Source: a bacterium
GTDB lineage: Bacteria; Patescibacteriota; Minisyncoccia; UBA6257; HR35
Direction of reading: 5' to 3'
Assembly (NCBI GenBank): GCA_041640295.1
Contig: JBEQAR010000002.1
Coordinates: 38,101 to 102,100, forward strand
Length of the DNA stretch: 64,000 nt
In this document: one piece after another, positions 29,600-40,917 of the stretch
Layout of the letters: every line of letters starts with the position of its first letter
Numbering within the stretch: position 1 is the first letter of the stretch
Made by a program: the position numbers and the translations under genes
The notes under the pieces: generated by a model
The model's database searches: none
What the model was told of the DNA's origin: nothing
Seen by the model: the letters and a program-made list of their open reading frames with translations, nothing else

Positions 29600-30871
29600 T
29601 TATTTTAATCTCTTTTTAATTTCTTCGACTAAATTAGATAAGAAAATAACTTCTTGAGATCTTTTTTCCATATCTTTCAAAATAACAGTTTTATTTCCTA
29701 TTTCCTGATGACCAACAATTAAACAATATTTAATTCCTAATTTATTAGCTAATTCAAGTTGATTAGAAAGACTGGTTTTTTCAAAATTTTCAGCTATTTT
29801 AATATTATGTCGAATTAATTCGTCATAAATTTTGATAGCGTACTCTTTAGTCTTTTCAGTTGTTTGGGCAATAAAAATATCAGCTTTTTTTGCTGTTTTT
29901 AATTTTATATTATGGATTTTAAAAACCTCTATTAATCTTTCTAAACCTAAAGCTCCACCCGTTGCAGGAGTAGGTTTTCCTCCTAAATATTGAATTAAAT
30001 TATCATATCTACCACCTCCGCCAATAGCTAAATTGCTTTCAGTAAAAAATACTTCAAAAACTAATTGTTGATAATAATCAAAACCTCTTACTAATAATTG
30101 ATCAATTTCATATTTTATTTCTAATATATCTAAATATTCTAAAACTTTACTAATATGATCTTCACAATCTTTACAAAGATAATTAATAATTGAGGGGGCA
30201 TTAGTTTTATATTCTTGATCTTTAGGATGTTTACAATCTAATAATCGTAAGGGATTTAAATGATATCTTCTTTGACAATCTTTACATAAATTTTTTAAAT
30301 TTTTTTTATAATAATTTTTTAGATCTTTGATATATTTTTTTCTATCCTTTTTACATCCTAAGCTGTTAATTTTAAAAACATAATCACTTAATTTAAATTT
30401 TCTAAAAAACCTATCAAATACTTGGATTATTTGAGCATCATATATTGGATCTTTAGCTCCAATAATTTCTAATCCCCACTGATGATGTTCTCTGAACCTG
30501 TTAGCTTGAGGTTTTTCCCTTCGATACATTCGATCAATATAAAAAAGTTTAACTGGCTGAGGTAGGGAGTGCATTCCATTTTGGAGATAAGCTCGAGCTA
30601 CTGAAGCTGTTCCTTCGGGTTTGAGAACATATTTAGTTGCTCCTTCTTTTTCTTTGATATAAAACATTTCTTTTTCAATTACATCAGTTGATTGACCTAA
30701 TGAGCTAGTAAAAACTTTTTCGTCTTCTAAAGCTGGTGTTTGGATATAAGAAAAAGAATAAAGTTGAGTATGTTTAATAATTTCGTTTTTTAAAGAAATC
30801 AAAAAATCAGCTTCCTCAAATAAAAAATCATTCATTCCACGCGGTCTTTGAATAACGATTTTAAATTTCAT
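29600..30871 (-). CDS. hisS: Histidyl-tRNA synthetase
   Basis: PRGM.D, LKPEGTA, LVRGFDYY, GGGRYD. Confidence 0.97.
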   Translation of the reverse strand: MKFKIVIQRPRGMNDFLFEEADFLISLKNEIIKHTQLYSFSYIQTPALEDEKVFTSSLGQSTDVIEKEMFYIKEKEGATKYVLKPEGTASVARAYLQNGMHSLPQPVKLFYIDRMYRREKPQANRFREHHQWGLEIIGAKDPIYDAQIIQVFDRFFRKFKLSDYVFKINSLGCKKDRKKYIKDLKNYYKKNLKNLCKDCQRRYHLNPLRLLDCKHPKDQEYKTNAPSIINYLCKDCEDHISKVLEYLDILEIKYEIDQLLVRGFDYYQQLVFEVFFTESNLAIGGGGRYDNLIQYLGGKPTPATGGALGLERLIEVFKIHNIKLKTAKKADIFIAQTTEKTKEYAIKIYDELIRHNIKIAENFEKTSLSNQLELANKLGIKYCLIVGHQEIGNKTVILKDMEKRSQEVIFLSNLVEEIKKRLK

Positions 30872-30872
30872 T

Positions 30873-31421
30873 TTAAATATTATTTGGTCTTAAAATATTA
30901 ATAAGTTTTTTAAATAAACCTACTTTAAAAATTACTTTACCAACAATATCTTTTTCTTTAAGCGGTTTATTCCATTTTCGAGAATCAAAACTTTCATCTC
31001 GATTATCACCTAAAACAAAATATTCATCTGATCCTAAACTAAATTCCGTATCTTCCATATAAAACCTTTCACCCTTTAAATAAGGTTCAGAAATTTTAAT
31101 TGGTTGAGATGAATTAGGCTTTAAGATAAAGATATTATTATCTTTTATAATTACTTTTTCGTTAGGTAAGCCGATAATTCTTTTAATATAATATTTTTTT
31201 TTATCAACTGGCGGAATGAAAACAATTACTTCAAATCTTTCTGGTTTCTTTAATTTAGTACATATTTTACAAACAATTAAATAATCAGATTCATCAAAAT
31301 TAGGTTTCATACTTTCTCCAATAACAATAAATGGCTCAAAAATGAATAATCTTATCGGAATAAAAACAAAGACGAAAATTAAAAATAATTCTATTAAAGT
31401 AGATAAAATTTCTTTAAACAT
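30873..31421 (-). CDS. lepB: Signal peptidase I
   Basis: GESMKP, YIKRIIGLP, GDNR..SFDSR. Confidence 0.95.
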   Translation of the reverse strand: MFKEILSTLIELFLIFVFVFIPIRLFIFEPFIVIGESMKPNFDESDYLIVCKICTKLKKPERFEVIVFIPPVDKKKYYIKRIIGLPNEKVIIKDNNIFILKPNSSQPIKISEPYLKGERFYMEDTEFSLGSDEYFVLGDNRDESFDSRKWNKPLKEKDIVGKVIFKVGLFKKLINILRPNNI

Positions 31422-31527
31422 TTTTAGAAAACTTTATTTACTTCTTAATTCAAAAAATAATAAATTAAAATAATATTAACCGAAAAATTAAAAACAATTA
31501 TCAAAAATAATCTAATATAATAATTAT

Positions 31528-32088
31528 ATGAAAAAAACTAATAAAATCAAATTAATATTCGGCTTAGGGAATCCAGGTGATAAATTTATTAATACCCCAC
31601 ATAATTTTGGTAGAGATTTATTAGTTGCTGTTTCTGAAAAAAAGTTGATTTATCAAAATAATAACTTCCAATTAGATCGCTATGGTGATATTTATTTAGC
31701 AATCTCAAAAAAATATATGAACGAATCAGGAATAGTTCTTAAAGAAATATTAACTAAGTTCAATTTAAAAACCGAAGAAACATTGATAATACATGATGAA
31801 GCTGATTTACCCTTTTTATGGGTTAAGTTGACTTTTAATAAGCAAGCTTCAATGCATAAAGGCGTTGAGTCAATTTATCAAAAATGCGGTAAAAATATTT
31901 GGAGATTAAGAATTGGTATTCAGGGAGTTAAACGAAAAAAAGCTGATAAAATAATTTTGACAAAATTAAAAGGTAATTCTTTAATATCTTGGTTAAAAGC
32001 GAAAAAAAAATTTAAAATATTTTTAGATTTGATTAACGATAAAGATATTCAAAAAATAAGTTTACCTAAATTATTTTTTTTGGATTAG
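31528..32088 (+). CDS. pth: Peptidyl-tRNA hydrolase
   Basis: GLGNPG...HNFG, YMNESG, HDE.DL, RLRIGI. Confidence 0.92.
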   Translation: MKKTNKIKLIFGLGNPGDKFINTPHNFGRDLLVAVSEKKLIYQNNNFQLDRYGDIYLAISKKYMNESGIVLKEILTKFNLKTEETLIIHDEADLPFLWVKLTFNKQASMHKGVESIYQKCGKNIWRLRIGIQGVKRKKADKIILTKLKGNSLISWLKAKKKFKIFLDLINDKDIQKISLPKLFFLD

Positions 32089-32876
32089 AGATAACCGAGA
32101 GCCTTTAGTTGATCTCGATATTCCCATTCCCAAAGTTCTTTACAGGCTAAAAATCCCTTAAAATCCTCTTCTGGATTATCAAATTCTTTAAATTCCCATT
32201 CATCCTGAATTTCACCAAATTTATGCTGACAGTTAACTTCTCCTCCTTTTATTTTATCTCCCATTCTTCTTAAAATTTTTTTAGCACCACATAATTCACA
32301 TATTTGAATTTGATTAATTCTCAAAATATATCTTTTTTCAATATTCTTTGGTAAGATAATTTTTTTATTTTTATCTAATAAAATTGGTTCATCATTTAAA
32401 GCAAAAAAATAAGCTGAAGTTTGCAAACGATAATCATCATAAATTTCTGTTGCTGTTTTAATATCAATTAAAGAAAAAACCCCATCAACTTCAGCTAAGA
32501 TATCAAATGTTCCACTATAACGATAATTGCTATGCTTTATTCTTTTTTCAATCCATTCCGCTTTAGTAAATAAACTATAATTTTTCAGAAAATTTTCAAA
32601 CCCCTTTTTGAAGCCGATATATTCAGGAGGAACAATAATTTCACGATCTCGAACAATTGATTCTAATATTTCATGAACTATTGTTCCTTCATAGGCTGCC
32701 TCTCTTTTTTTATTTTGGGCTTCAGTAAAATTTTCCGCTGCTGCATAAAAATAATATAATGCCGGTTTACTTTTAATATCAACAATTGAAGTTACTCGTG
32801 GGTACCAAACGCCATCAATTACATATCCATGCCTTTTTTTGAACTCGTCTAAAGATAAATTTTTATTATTAAGCAT
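32085..32876 (-). CDS. PD-(D/E)XK exonuclease-family protein with Cys/His insert
   Basis: YPRVTSI, GTIVH, GTFD...IDIKT, LQTSAY; probable ATG at 32876. Confidence 0.75.
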   Translation of the reverse strand: MLNNKNLSLDEFKKRHGYVIDGVWYPRVTSIVDIKSKPALYYFYAAAENFTEAQNKKREAAYEGTIVHEILESIVRDREIIVPPEYIGFKKGFENFLKNYSLFTKAEWIEKRIKHSNYRYSGTFDILAEVDGVFSLIDIKTATEIYDDYRLQTSAYFFALNDEPILLDKNKKIILPKNIEKRYILRINQIQICELCGAKKILRRMGDKIKGGEVNCQHKFGEIQDEWEFKEFDNPEEDFKGFLACKELWEWEYRDQLKALGYL

Positions 32877-32987
32877 TTTTAACCTCTTTAAATTTAAATT
32901 AATTTTACTAAAATTGTATATTATAATCAAAAATAATTTAAATTATATTAATAATAATAATATTAAACAATCTTAAAAACAAAAGCA

Positions 32988-33452
32988 ATGGACTATAATA
33001 TTTTGATTTACCCTAATAATTTTTTAAGAAGAAAAACTAAACCAGTAGAAATATTTGATAGTCAATTAATTAAAATCGTTGATCAAATGAAAAAAATTAT
33101 GTTAGCTAATAAAGGTGTTGGTTTAGCAGCTAATCAAATAGGATTAAATATTTCCCTTTTTGTAGCTCGACCAAAAGAAAAGTTTTATATTTTTATTAAT
33201 CCGGAAATTATTGATCAGAAAGAAGAAGAACTAAAAGAAGAAGGTTGTTTAAGTTTACCCAATAAATGGGGATTAGTAAAAAGATTTAAAGAAGTTAAAA
33301 TTAGTTATCAAGATTTAAGAGGTAAAAGAAGAAAATTGAAAACCAGTGGTTTATTAGCTCATATTATTCAGCACGAAATTGATCATTTAAATGGAAAATT
33401 ATTTATTGACCAAGCTTTGGAAGTTTATGATTTAACCGAAAAAAATGACTAA
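32988..33452 (+). CDS. def: Peptide deformylase
   Basis: GVGLAANQIG, EGCLS, QHEIDHLNG. Confidence 0.97.
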   Translation: MDYNILIYPNNFLRRKTKPVEIFDSQLIKIVDQMKKIMLANKGVGLAANQIGLNISLFVARPKEKFYIFINPEIIDQKEEELKEEGCLSLPNKWGLVKRFKEVKISYQDLRGKRRKLKTSGLLAHIIQHEIDHLNGKLFIDQALEVYDLTEKND

Positions 33453-34386
33453 AAAATTAGATTTTTGTTTTTTTGGTTCAAGTAGTTTTTCTTTGTATTG
33501 CTTAAAAGAAATAATAAAAAAATTTATACCATCATTAGTTATTACTTTACCTGCTAAACCAAAAGGAAGAGGTTTGAAATTGCAACCTAATGATGTTTAT
33601 GTTTTTTGTTTAAAAAATAAATTAGCAGTTATTGAATTAAAAAATTGGTCAGAATTTAATTTATCTTTTGAATTTGGTTTAATAGCCGGTTTTGGTAAAA
33701 TAATTCCCTTTGAGGTATTTAAAAATTTTAAAAAAGGGATACTAAATATTCATCCATCTTTATTACCTAAATATCGAGGTGCTAATCCTATTCGGGAAAC
33801 CATTCTTAATGGAGATCAATTAACTGGAGTGACTATAATTTTAACCGATGAATTGGTTGATCATGGTCCTATCATTGCTCAAAAGGAAATTACATTAACC
33901 CAACAAGAGTATTATTTAGAATTAGAAGAAAAGCTTGGAAAATTGGGTGGACAAACTTTTAATGAAATTATCGATGATTATTTGCAAAATAAAATTAAAC
34001 CTATAGAACAAAATCATTCTTTAGCTACTTTTACTAAAAAAATTACCAAAGAAGATGGATTACTGAGCATCAAAGATAAATTTTTTATTTGGGATAGAAA
34101 AATTAGAGCTTTTAATCCTTGGCCCGGAACTTTCATTAAAATTTTGATTAAAAATGAAGAAAAAATTCTTAAAATTTTTAGAATTGAAAAATTAGAACCA
34201 ACCGATAAGCATTTAACCAACTTAGAAATCGGAAGTTTTTTTCGATATCAAAATGAATTAGGCTTAAGAATAATTGATAGTTTTATTCTTATTAAAGAAC
34301 TTCAACTTCAAGATAGAAAGAAAATGTCCTCTAAAGAATTTCTTAATGGTTATAAGTTAGAATATTTAAAAATACTAGAAAAATAA
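33445..34386 (+). CDS. fmt: Methionyl-tRNA formyltransferase
   Basis: NIHPSLLPKYRGANP, D.GPI, RAFNPWPG. Confidence 0.96.
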   Translation: MTKKLDFCFFGSSSFSLYCLKEIIKKFIPSLVITLPAKPKGRGLKLQPNDVYVFCLKNKLAVIELKNWSEFNLSFEFGLIAGFGKIIPFEVFKNFKKGILNIHPSLLPKYRGANPIRETILNGDQLTGVTIILTDELVDHGPIIAQKEITLTQQEYYLELEEKLGKLGGQTFNEIIDDYLQNKIKPIEQNHSLATFTKKITKEDGLLSIKDKFFIWDRKIRAFNPWPGTFIKILIKNEEKILKIFRIEKLEPTDKHLTNLEIGSFFRYQNELGLRIIDSFILIKELQLQDRKKMSSKEFLNGYKLEYLKILEK

Positions 34387-34425
34387 TCCTTGAGATAAAT
34401 TTAAACTAAATTAAGATTTATAAAA

Positions 34426-35115
34426 CTAAAGATTAGGATAAAAATAAGTGCTTGTTGAAGAAGGTAGAATAGTTTTATCAGGTCCAATCTCATAAATGTA
34501 TGGATTATTCCCACCATCATTATTTTCATCAGTATTATTTGGATTCTCTAAATTAGCATTTAATTCATATGTAAGATCAGTTCTACAAGCAAAAGTATAA
34601 TAGAAAGAAGGATTAGAATTAGCTGCTGAATTACTATTTCTTGGATCTAAGGGTAAGCTTGGTAGATTAACAACAGTAGAAGTTCCTAATGGTACAGGCA
34701 ACCAACCAGGAGGATCGCTAGTTGTAGAAGTAGCAACTGTTCTTGAATTTGTTGCCCGAGCACCCGTGAAACCACTTCCAACAACTCCCTCTACACTTGC
34801 TGCAGAATAAAAAATTGTCGGTGTTGCTCCACCTAAACACCCATCATTGGTTTTTGTTAAGGTAACCCCCGATGGTTGGTTTAATTTTGTACTACTTGGA
34901 GTTAAAACCGCCTCTCTGCCGCTATTTGTCATATCAGTTAAATATATATCTATGGCACTACTTAAACTTTTTAAATCAGATTTTCTTTGAGTATCTCTCA
35001 TATTCATAAAAATTTGTTGAGGCTTAACAATAGTAATTAAAATTGCTGCTAAAGTAGCTATAATAGCTAAAACTACTATTAATTCAATGAGGGTGAACCC
35101 AACGCTTTTTTTCAT
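34426..35115 (-). CDS. Type IV pilin-like protein
   Basis: GFTLIELIVV prepilin cleavage site, RD..RK.DL, LP.DP. Confidence 0.9.
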   Translation of the reverse strand: MKKSVGFTLIELIVVLAIIATLAAILITIVKPQQIFMNMRDTQRKSDLKSLSSAIDIYLTDMTNSGREAVLTPSSTKLNQPSGVTLTKTNDGCLGGATPTIFYSAASVEGVVGSGFTGARATNSRTVATSTTSDPPGWLPVPLGTSTVVNLPSLPLDPRNSNSAANSNPSFYYTFACRTDLTYELNANLENPNNTDENNDGGNNPYIYEIGPDKTILPSSTSTYFYPNL

Positions 35116-35221
35116 ATTGTTTTTATTGATTAAATTTAATTAATCGACTTTTGATATTATGATTAAAAAATTTTTTATTATAGTAATTATATTAAAAAAA
35201 TAAAATAAAAATAAAGTAAAT

Positions 35222-35230
35222 TGTGGATAA
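35222..35230 (-). promoter_or_regulatory. Perfect DnaA box
   Basis: TGTGGATAA on plus strand, upstream of the pilin gene. Confidence 0.55.
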
Positions 35231-35245
35231 CTTAAGGAATATTAA

Positions 35246-35620
35246 TTAGCTGATTGGAATACCGGCGAACTCTTTTATTTTTAAAACTAATTCGTCTAAA
35301 GAAAGACCTGCTTTTACAAAATAAGCTTTTACACCCAAGCTTTTTCCTCTTTGAATATCTTCTGGCTGGCCCAAATTAGAAATAATAAAAACTGGTATAT
35401 TTTTTAAATTAACATCTTTATTCATTTCCTCTAAAACATAAAAACCACTTTTTTTAGGCAAAATAATATCCAATAAAACTAAATCTGGTTTTTCGATAAC
35501 TATTTTATCAAGAGCTTCTTCGCCATCACTTGCAGTGGCTATTTCAAAATTTTCATTTTTAAATTTTTTTTCTAGCAAAGTTCTTAAAAATTTATCGTCT
35601 TCTACTATTAAAATTTTCAT
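35246..35620 (-). CDS. Single-domain response regulator
   Basis: ILIVEDD, LLDIILP, conserved S and K of a receiver domain. Confidence 0.93.
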   Translation of the reverse strand: MKILIVEDDKFLRTLLEKKFKNENFEIATASDGEEALDKIVIEKPDLVLLDIILPKKSGFYVLEEMNKDVNLKNIPVFIISNLGQPEDIQRGKSLGVKAYFVKAGLSLDELVLKIKEFAGIPIS

Positions 35621-35681
35621 TAAAAATTAAATAAGCTAATTTAATAGACAAATATAAAAATTAGTATTCCCTATCATTTTG

Positions 35682-35707
35682 AGGTTTTTAATTATCCTGG
35701 TTAGGTT
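35682..35707. repeat. 3' arm of the 16S precursor processing stem
   Basis: AGGTTTTTAATTATCCTGGTTAGGTT is the exact reverse complement of 37258-37283. Confidence 0.9.
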
Positions 35708-35741
35708 CGGCTAAATTAGATAATTAAAATTTGATTTTAAA

Positions 35742-37256
<1,515 letters not shown>

Positions 37257-37257
37257 A

Positions 37258-37283
37258 AACCTAACCAGGATAATTAAAAACCT
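37258..37283. repeat. 5' arm of the 16S precursor processing stem
   Basis: 26-bp perfect inverted repeat with 35682-35707. Confidence 0.9.
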
Positions 37284-37560
37284 TTTTAATATAAATTTTA
37301 GTGTACAATAAAATCATCAAATCAAAAACAATCTTAATAATTTACTCAACCAACATTTATAATTCAATTCCACAATTTAGAAAGATAAGTATTATTATAA
37401 ATTAAAATTTAAATAAATCAAGAATTTGAAAATATTTAAATCAATCAAAATCTATTAAATTTTTAAAGTCTAAATTATTAATTTTTATTGTTTGCTTTTA
37501 GTTTTGTTTTTATTAATACTTTCAACAGGTGATTAGATTAATTTTAAATTTTTATTTTTG

Positions 37561-37632
37561 TGCCGTGGGAGGGAATCGAACCCCCGACGCCATGCTCTTC
37601 AGGCATGCGCTCTACCACTGAGCTACCACGGC
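37561..37632 (-). tRNA. tRNA-Phe(GAA)
   Basis: CATGC-CTGAAGA-GCATG anticodon arm. Confidence 0.95.
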
Positions 37633-37833
37633 TTAAGTTTTTGTCTAATTAAGAAAATTTTATCTTAATCTAATTTATGATTTTTGTGAAATCGGTAAGG
37701 TTTTATAATTGTTTATTTCTAATTTTTAAATTTGTTCTGGTTATAATCTTAAAAGGTTTATTAAAATTAATTATAACAAAATTTTTATTTTAAGACTATA
37801 TTTTAACTATATTTTAACAGAATTTAAGCAATT

Positions 37834-37861
37834 TTGACTTTTTTATAAATTCTGTTATAAT
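37834..37861 (+). promoter_or_regulatory. Putative sigma70 promoter for clpP
   Basis: TTGACT, 16 nt spacer, TATAAT with extended TG. Confidence 0.5.
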
Positions 37862-37972
37862 TTAAAATGTAAAGTAATATTTAATAAATTTCAAATTTTA
37901 TATTTTTAATTTATAATTTAAACATAAAAAATTTAAAACTTTAATTAATTATCTCAAAACCAAAATATAAAA

Positions 37973-38590
37973 ATGGAATATTCACAGTTAATACCTTATG
38001 TTATTGAAAAAACCCAACAAGGCGAGAGAGCTTATGATATTTATTCTCGACTTTTAAAAGATAGAATAATAATCTTGGGTACACCAATTAATGATCAAGT
38101 TGCTAATATTATTATTGCTCAGTTGTTGTTTTTAGACCACGAAGATCCAGAAAAGACAATCTATCTTTACATTAATTCTCCGGGTGGTGTCGTTACTTCA
38201 GCATTAGCAATTTATGATACTATGCAATTTATTAAAGCAGATGTTTCAACTATTGGTTTAGGTATGGTTGCTTCAGCTGCTTCACTTTTATTAGCTGCTG
38301 GAACAAAGGGTAAAAGAATGGTTTTGCCAAATACAGAAATTTTACTCCACCAAGTTATGGGACAAGCTGAAGGTCAAGCAGTAGATATTGAAATTACAGC
38401 TAAACAAATATTAAAAATAAAATCTAAGGTTAATAAAATTTTATCTTTACATACTGGTCAGCCATTAGAAAAAATAGAAAAGGATACTGATCGAGACTTT
38501 TATTTAACAGCCGAAGAAGCCAAAGAATATGGATTAGTAGATAAAATAATTGAGTATTCAAAAATAAAAAATGATTTTAAAAAAGGCTAA
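37973..38590 (+). CDS. clpP: Clp protease proteolytic subunit
   Basis: [19 protein letters not shown] catalytic Ser, HQ, DRDF. Confidence 0.97.
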   Translation: MEYSQLIPYVIEKTQQGERAYDIYSRLLKDRIIILGTPINDQVANIIIAQLLFLDHEDPEKTIYLYINSPGGVVTSALAIYDTMQFIKADVSTIGLGMVASAASLLLAAGTKGKRMVLPNTEILLHQVMGQAEGQAVDIEITAKQILKIKSKVNKILSLHTGQPLEKIEKDTDRDFYLTAEEAKEYGLVDKIIEYSKIKNDFKKG

Positions 38591-40145
38591 TATTTTACCA
38601 ATTATTTTAGCTTTAATCACGGGCGGTGTTATTAGTTCTATAGCAGTTTTGAGCTATTTCAAATATATACAATCTAATAACTTATCTGCTTTTAATAAAA
38701 CTCCCCAATTCAATTTAGAATCTTCTACCTTAAAAGAAAATTTAAATTCTGAAGAAGTTAATAATCTAACTTCTAATTTAACCAATGTTCAAAATAGTAG
38801 TTTTCAAGAAATTTCTTATCAAGAAATTAACAGAAATACCAACTCATTAAAGACTCAATCAACTAAAAATAAATTAGAAAATCAGAATAAAAACAAGACA
38901 AAAACTTTAAGTAATTCTTCCCAAATAAATGATAATAATCAAAATTTATTAGCTAATTTTTTGGTTTTTTTATCTAAAATTAATCAATCCAACAATCAAA
39001 ATTTAACTTCCAACAATTATTCAACATCCACCTCAAATTATAATACTTCTTCCAATAATCAAAATAACCAAAGTCAAAATAACCAAAATCAGAATCGAAA
39101 TAATTCAAACAACAATCAAAACAATTCCAATAATCAATCTAATAATCAAAACAATAATCAAAATAACAACTCTCAAAATAATAACAACAATAACAATAAT
39201 AACAATGAAAATGATGATAATGAAAATATAAATTTAGGTAATCAATCTTCAGGAACAAAAATTTTAATTTCTGAAATTTTAATTGACGGAGGAAGCGCTA
39301 ACGATGAATTTGTTGAATTATATAATCCAAATAATTTTTCAGTCAATCTGACTGGTTGGAAATTAGTTAAATTTAATAAAAATAATAATCAACAAACTCT
39401 TATTGGACAAAGAACAAGAAATACTTTTAGCAATAAAATAATTCCTCCCTATTCTTATTTATTAATTGCTAATGAAACTGGAAGTTATGCTCAACAAGCA
39501 GATTTAGTTTATTCTGAAAGCTATAATTTAGCTAAAGATAATTCTCTTGTTTTAATTAATAATAATAACGAAGTAGTTGATTTAGTTGGATGGGGATCGG
39601 CACCAAGATATGAAAGTAATGCCTTTAGCCAAAATCCAGGTCAAGGAGTTTCTTTGGTTAGAAAAGCTGGTTTTGAATCAACTCAGGAAAGTATGGTTTC
39701 TAATGAAATTAATTTTGGTAACTCTTTAGATACAGATAATAACAATTTTGATTTTGTCCTGCTTAATCCAGAACCACAAAATAGCCGAAGTCAAGCAGAA
39801 CAACCTCCTCAAGAAATTAGGTTAATTAATTTTGATAATACCGAGAACAATTTAATTTTTGAGATTATTTCCCCATATCGAATTTCCAATAATAGCCGAT
39901 ATGTTTTATTAACTTTTAATATAGAAGACAATCAAGATATAGATAACTATCTTAGAACTAATTGGCAAAATCTTAGTTTGAATTATACTTTACCAGCAGT
40001 AGAAAGAAATGGTAAAAGACAAACAATTCAGGTAACTATTAATAATCAAGAAAATAATGAAAGTGATGAAAATGAACAAATATATCTTTTAGGCTTAGTT
40101 GTTGATAATCAATTGATAAATTGGGTTCCAGACTTGAATGATTAA
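38571..40145 (+). CDS. Membrane-anchored lamin-tail domain protein with Asn/Gln-rich linker
   Basis: ISEI...EFVELYNP...VNLTGW...VDLVGWG; low-complexity tract at about 38990-39230. Confidence 0.8.
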   Translation: MILKKANILPIILALITGGVISSIAVLSYFKYIQSNNLSAFNKTPQFNLESSTLKENLNSEEVNNLTSNLTNVQNSSFQEISYQEINRNTNSLKTQSTKNKLENQNKNKTKTLSNSSQINDNNQNLLANFLVFLSKINQSNNQNLTSNNYSTSTSNYNTSSNNQNNQSQNNQNQNRNNSNNNQNNSNNQSNNQNNNQNNNSQNNNNNNNNNNENDDNENINLGNQSSGTKILISEILIDGGSANDEFVELYNPNNFSVNLTGWKLVKFNKNNNQQTLIGQRTRNTFSNKIIPPYSYLLIANETGSYAQQADLVYSESYNLAKDNSLVLINNNNEVVDLVGWGSAPRYESNAFSQNPGQGVSLVRKAGFESTQESMVSNEINFGNSLDTDNNNFDFVLLNPEPQNSRSQAEQPPQEIRLINFDNTENNLIFEIISPYRISNNSRYVLLTFNIEDNQDIDNYLRTNWQNLSLNYTLPAVERNGKRQTIQVTINNQENNESDENEQIYLLGLVVDNQLINWVPDLND

Positions 40146-40291
40146 ATTAATTAATTTATAATCTTTACTAACGATAGTCTTTAAATGATTAAAAAGGATT
40201 TTTTATTAATTCTAATATTAGTATTGTATTTAAAGTCAACTCCAATTTTATTTTATTACCATTCATTTACATTTCACAGATCATCTAATAG

Positions 40292-40363
40292 GGGCCGGTA
40301 GTTCAATGGTAGAACATCGGTTTTGCACACCGAAGGTTGTGGGTTCGATTCCCACCCGGTCCA
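40292..40363 (+). tRNA. tRNA-Ala(TGC)
   Basis: TCGGT-TTTGCAC-ACCGA anticodon arm; G3:U70 pair. Confidence 0.94.
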
Positions 40364-40371
40364 ATTTTATA

Positions 40372-40444
40372 CTCCCGGTAGCTCAATAGGAAGAGCAGGT
40401 GCGTTCTAAGCACAAGGTTGGGGGTTCGAGTCCCTCCCGGGAGG
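40372..40444 (+). tRNA. tRNA-Arg(TCT)
   Basis: GTGC-GTTCTAA-GCAC anticodon arm; CTCCCGG/CCGGGAG acceptor stem. Confidence 0.9.
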
Positions 40445-40521
40445 CAATTTGTTAAGTAAGCAAATTCAAAATTAAACATTTTAATTTCTTATAAAGAAAA
40501 TTCATAAAATATTAAAAAATA

Positions 40522-40555
40522 AAAAGAAAAGAGCCTTATGAGGCTCTTTTCTTTT
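40522..40555. terminator. Intrinsic terminator hairpin (bidirectional form)
   Basis: AAAAGAAAAGAGCCT-TATG-AGGCTCTTTTCTTTT downstream of the tRNA pair. Confidence 0.75.
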
Positions 40556-40646
40556 GGAAAAATATCAGAAAAGAAAAGGAGGAGCCGCTAATAAATAACC
40601 TGCTCCAATCCTTTGCAATAAAAATTATATTATAATATTTTCAGTA

Positions 40647-40799
40647 ATGAAAGATGTAGTAAAAACAAATTATAAATATATTTTAGTTTTTTTATTAGTA
40701 TTTTTATTATCTTTTTTATTTTTTCAAATAGGAATAATTTATGGTTCAAAATTCTATCAACCTTGCGAAATAAAAATTTTTAAAAATGGAAATAATTGA
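40647..40799 (+). CDS. Small single-TM protein (50 aa)
   Basis: Hand translation MKDVVKTNYKYILVFLLVFLLSFLFFQIGIIYG...; TATAAT upstream. Confidence 0.5.
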   Translation: MKDVVKTNYKYILVFLLVFLLSFLFFQIGIIYGSKFYQPCEIKIFKNGNN

Positions 40800-40917
40800 A
40801 AAAATTATAGATTTTTTAGGAAGATTAATTCTATTATTTGTTTTAATTTGGATTATTGTTAATGAAATATTTAATAGAATTTTTTCAAAACTAACTTCTT
40901 ATGGTTTTGGTAAATAA
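40786..40917 (+). CDS. Small single-TM protein (43 aa)
   Basis: MEIIEKIIDFLGRLILLFVLIW...; stop abuts the next ATG at 40918. Confidence 0.5.
   Translation: MEIIEKIIDFLGRLILLFVLIWIIVNEIFNRIFSKLTSYGFGK

Noticed and set aside
37284-37972. Replication origin in the long AT-rich intergenic region
   Set aside because: No cluster of DnaA boxes (only one imperfect match near 37366) and no dnaA or dnaN nearby; divergent promoters explain the region.
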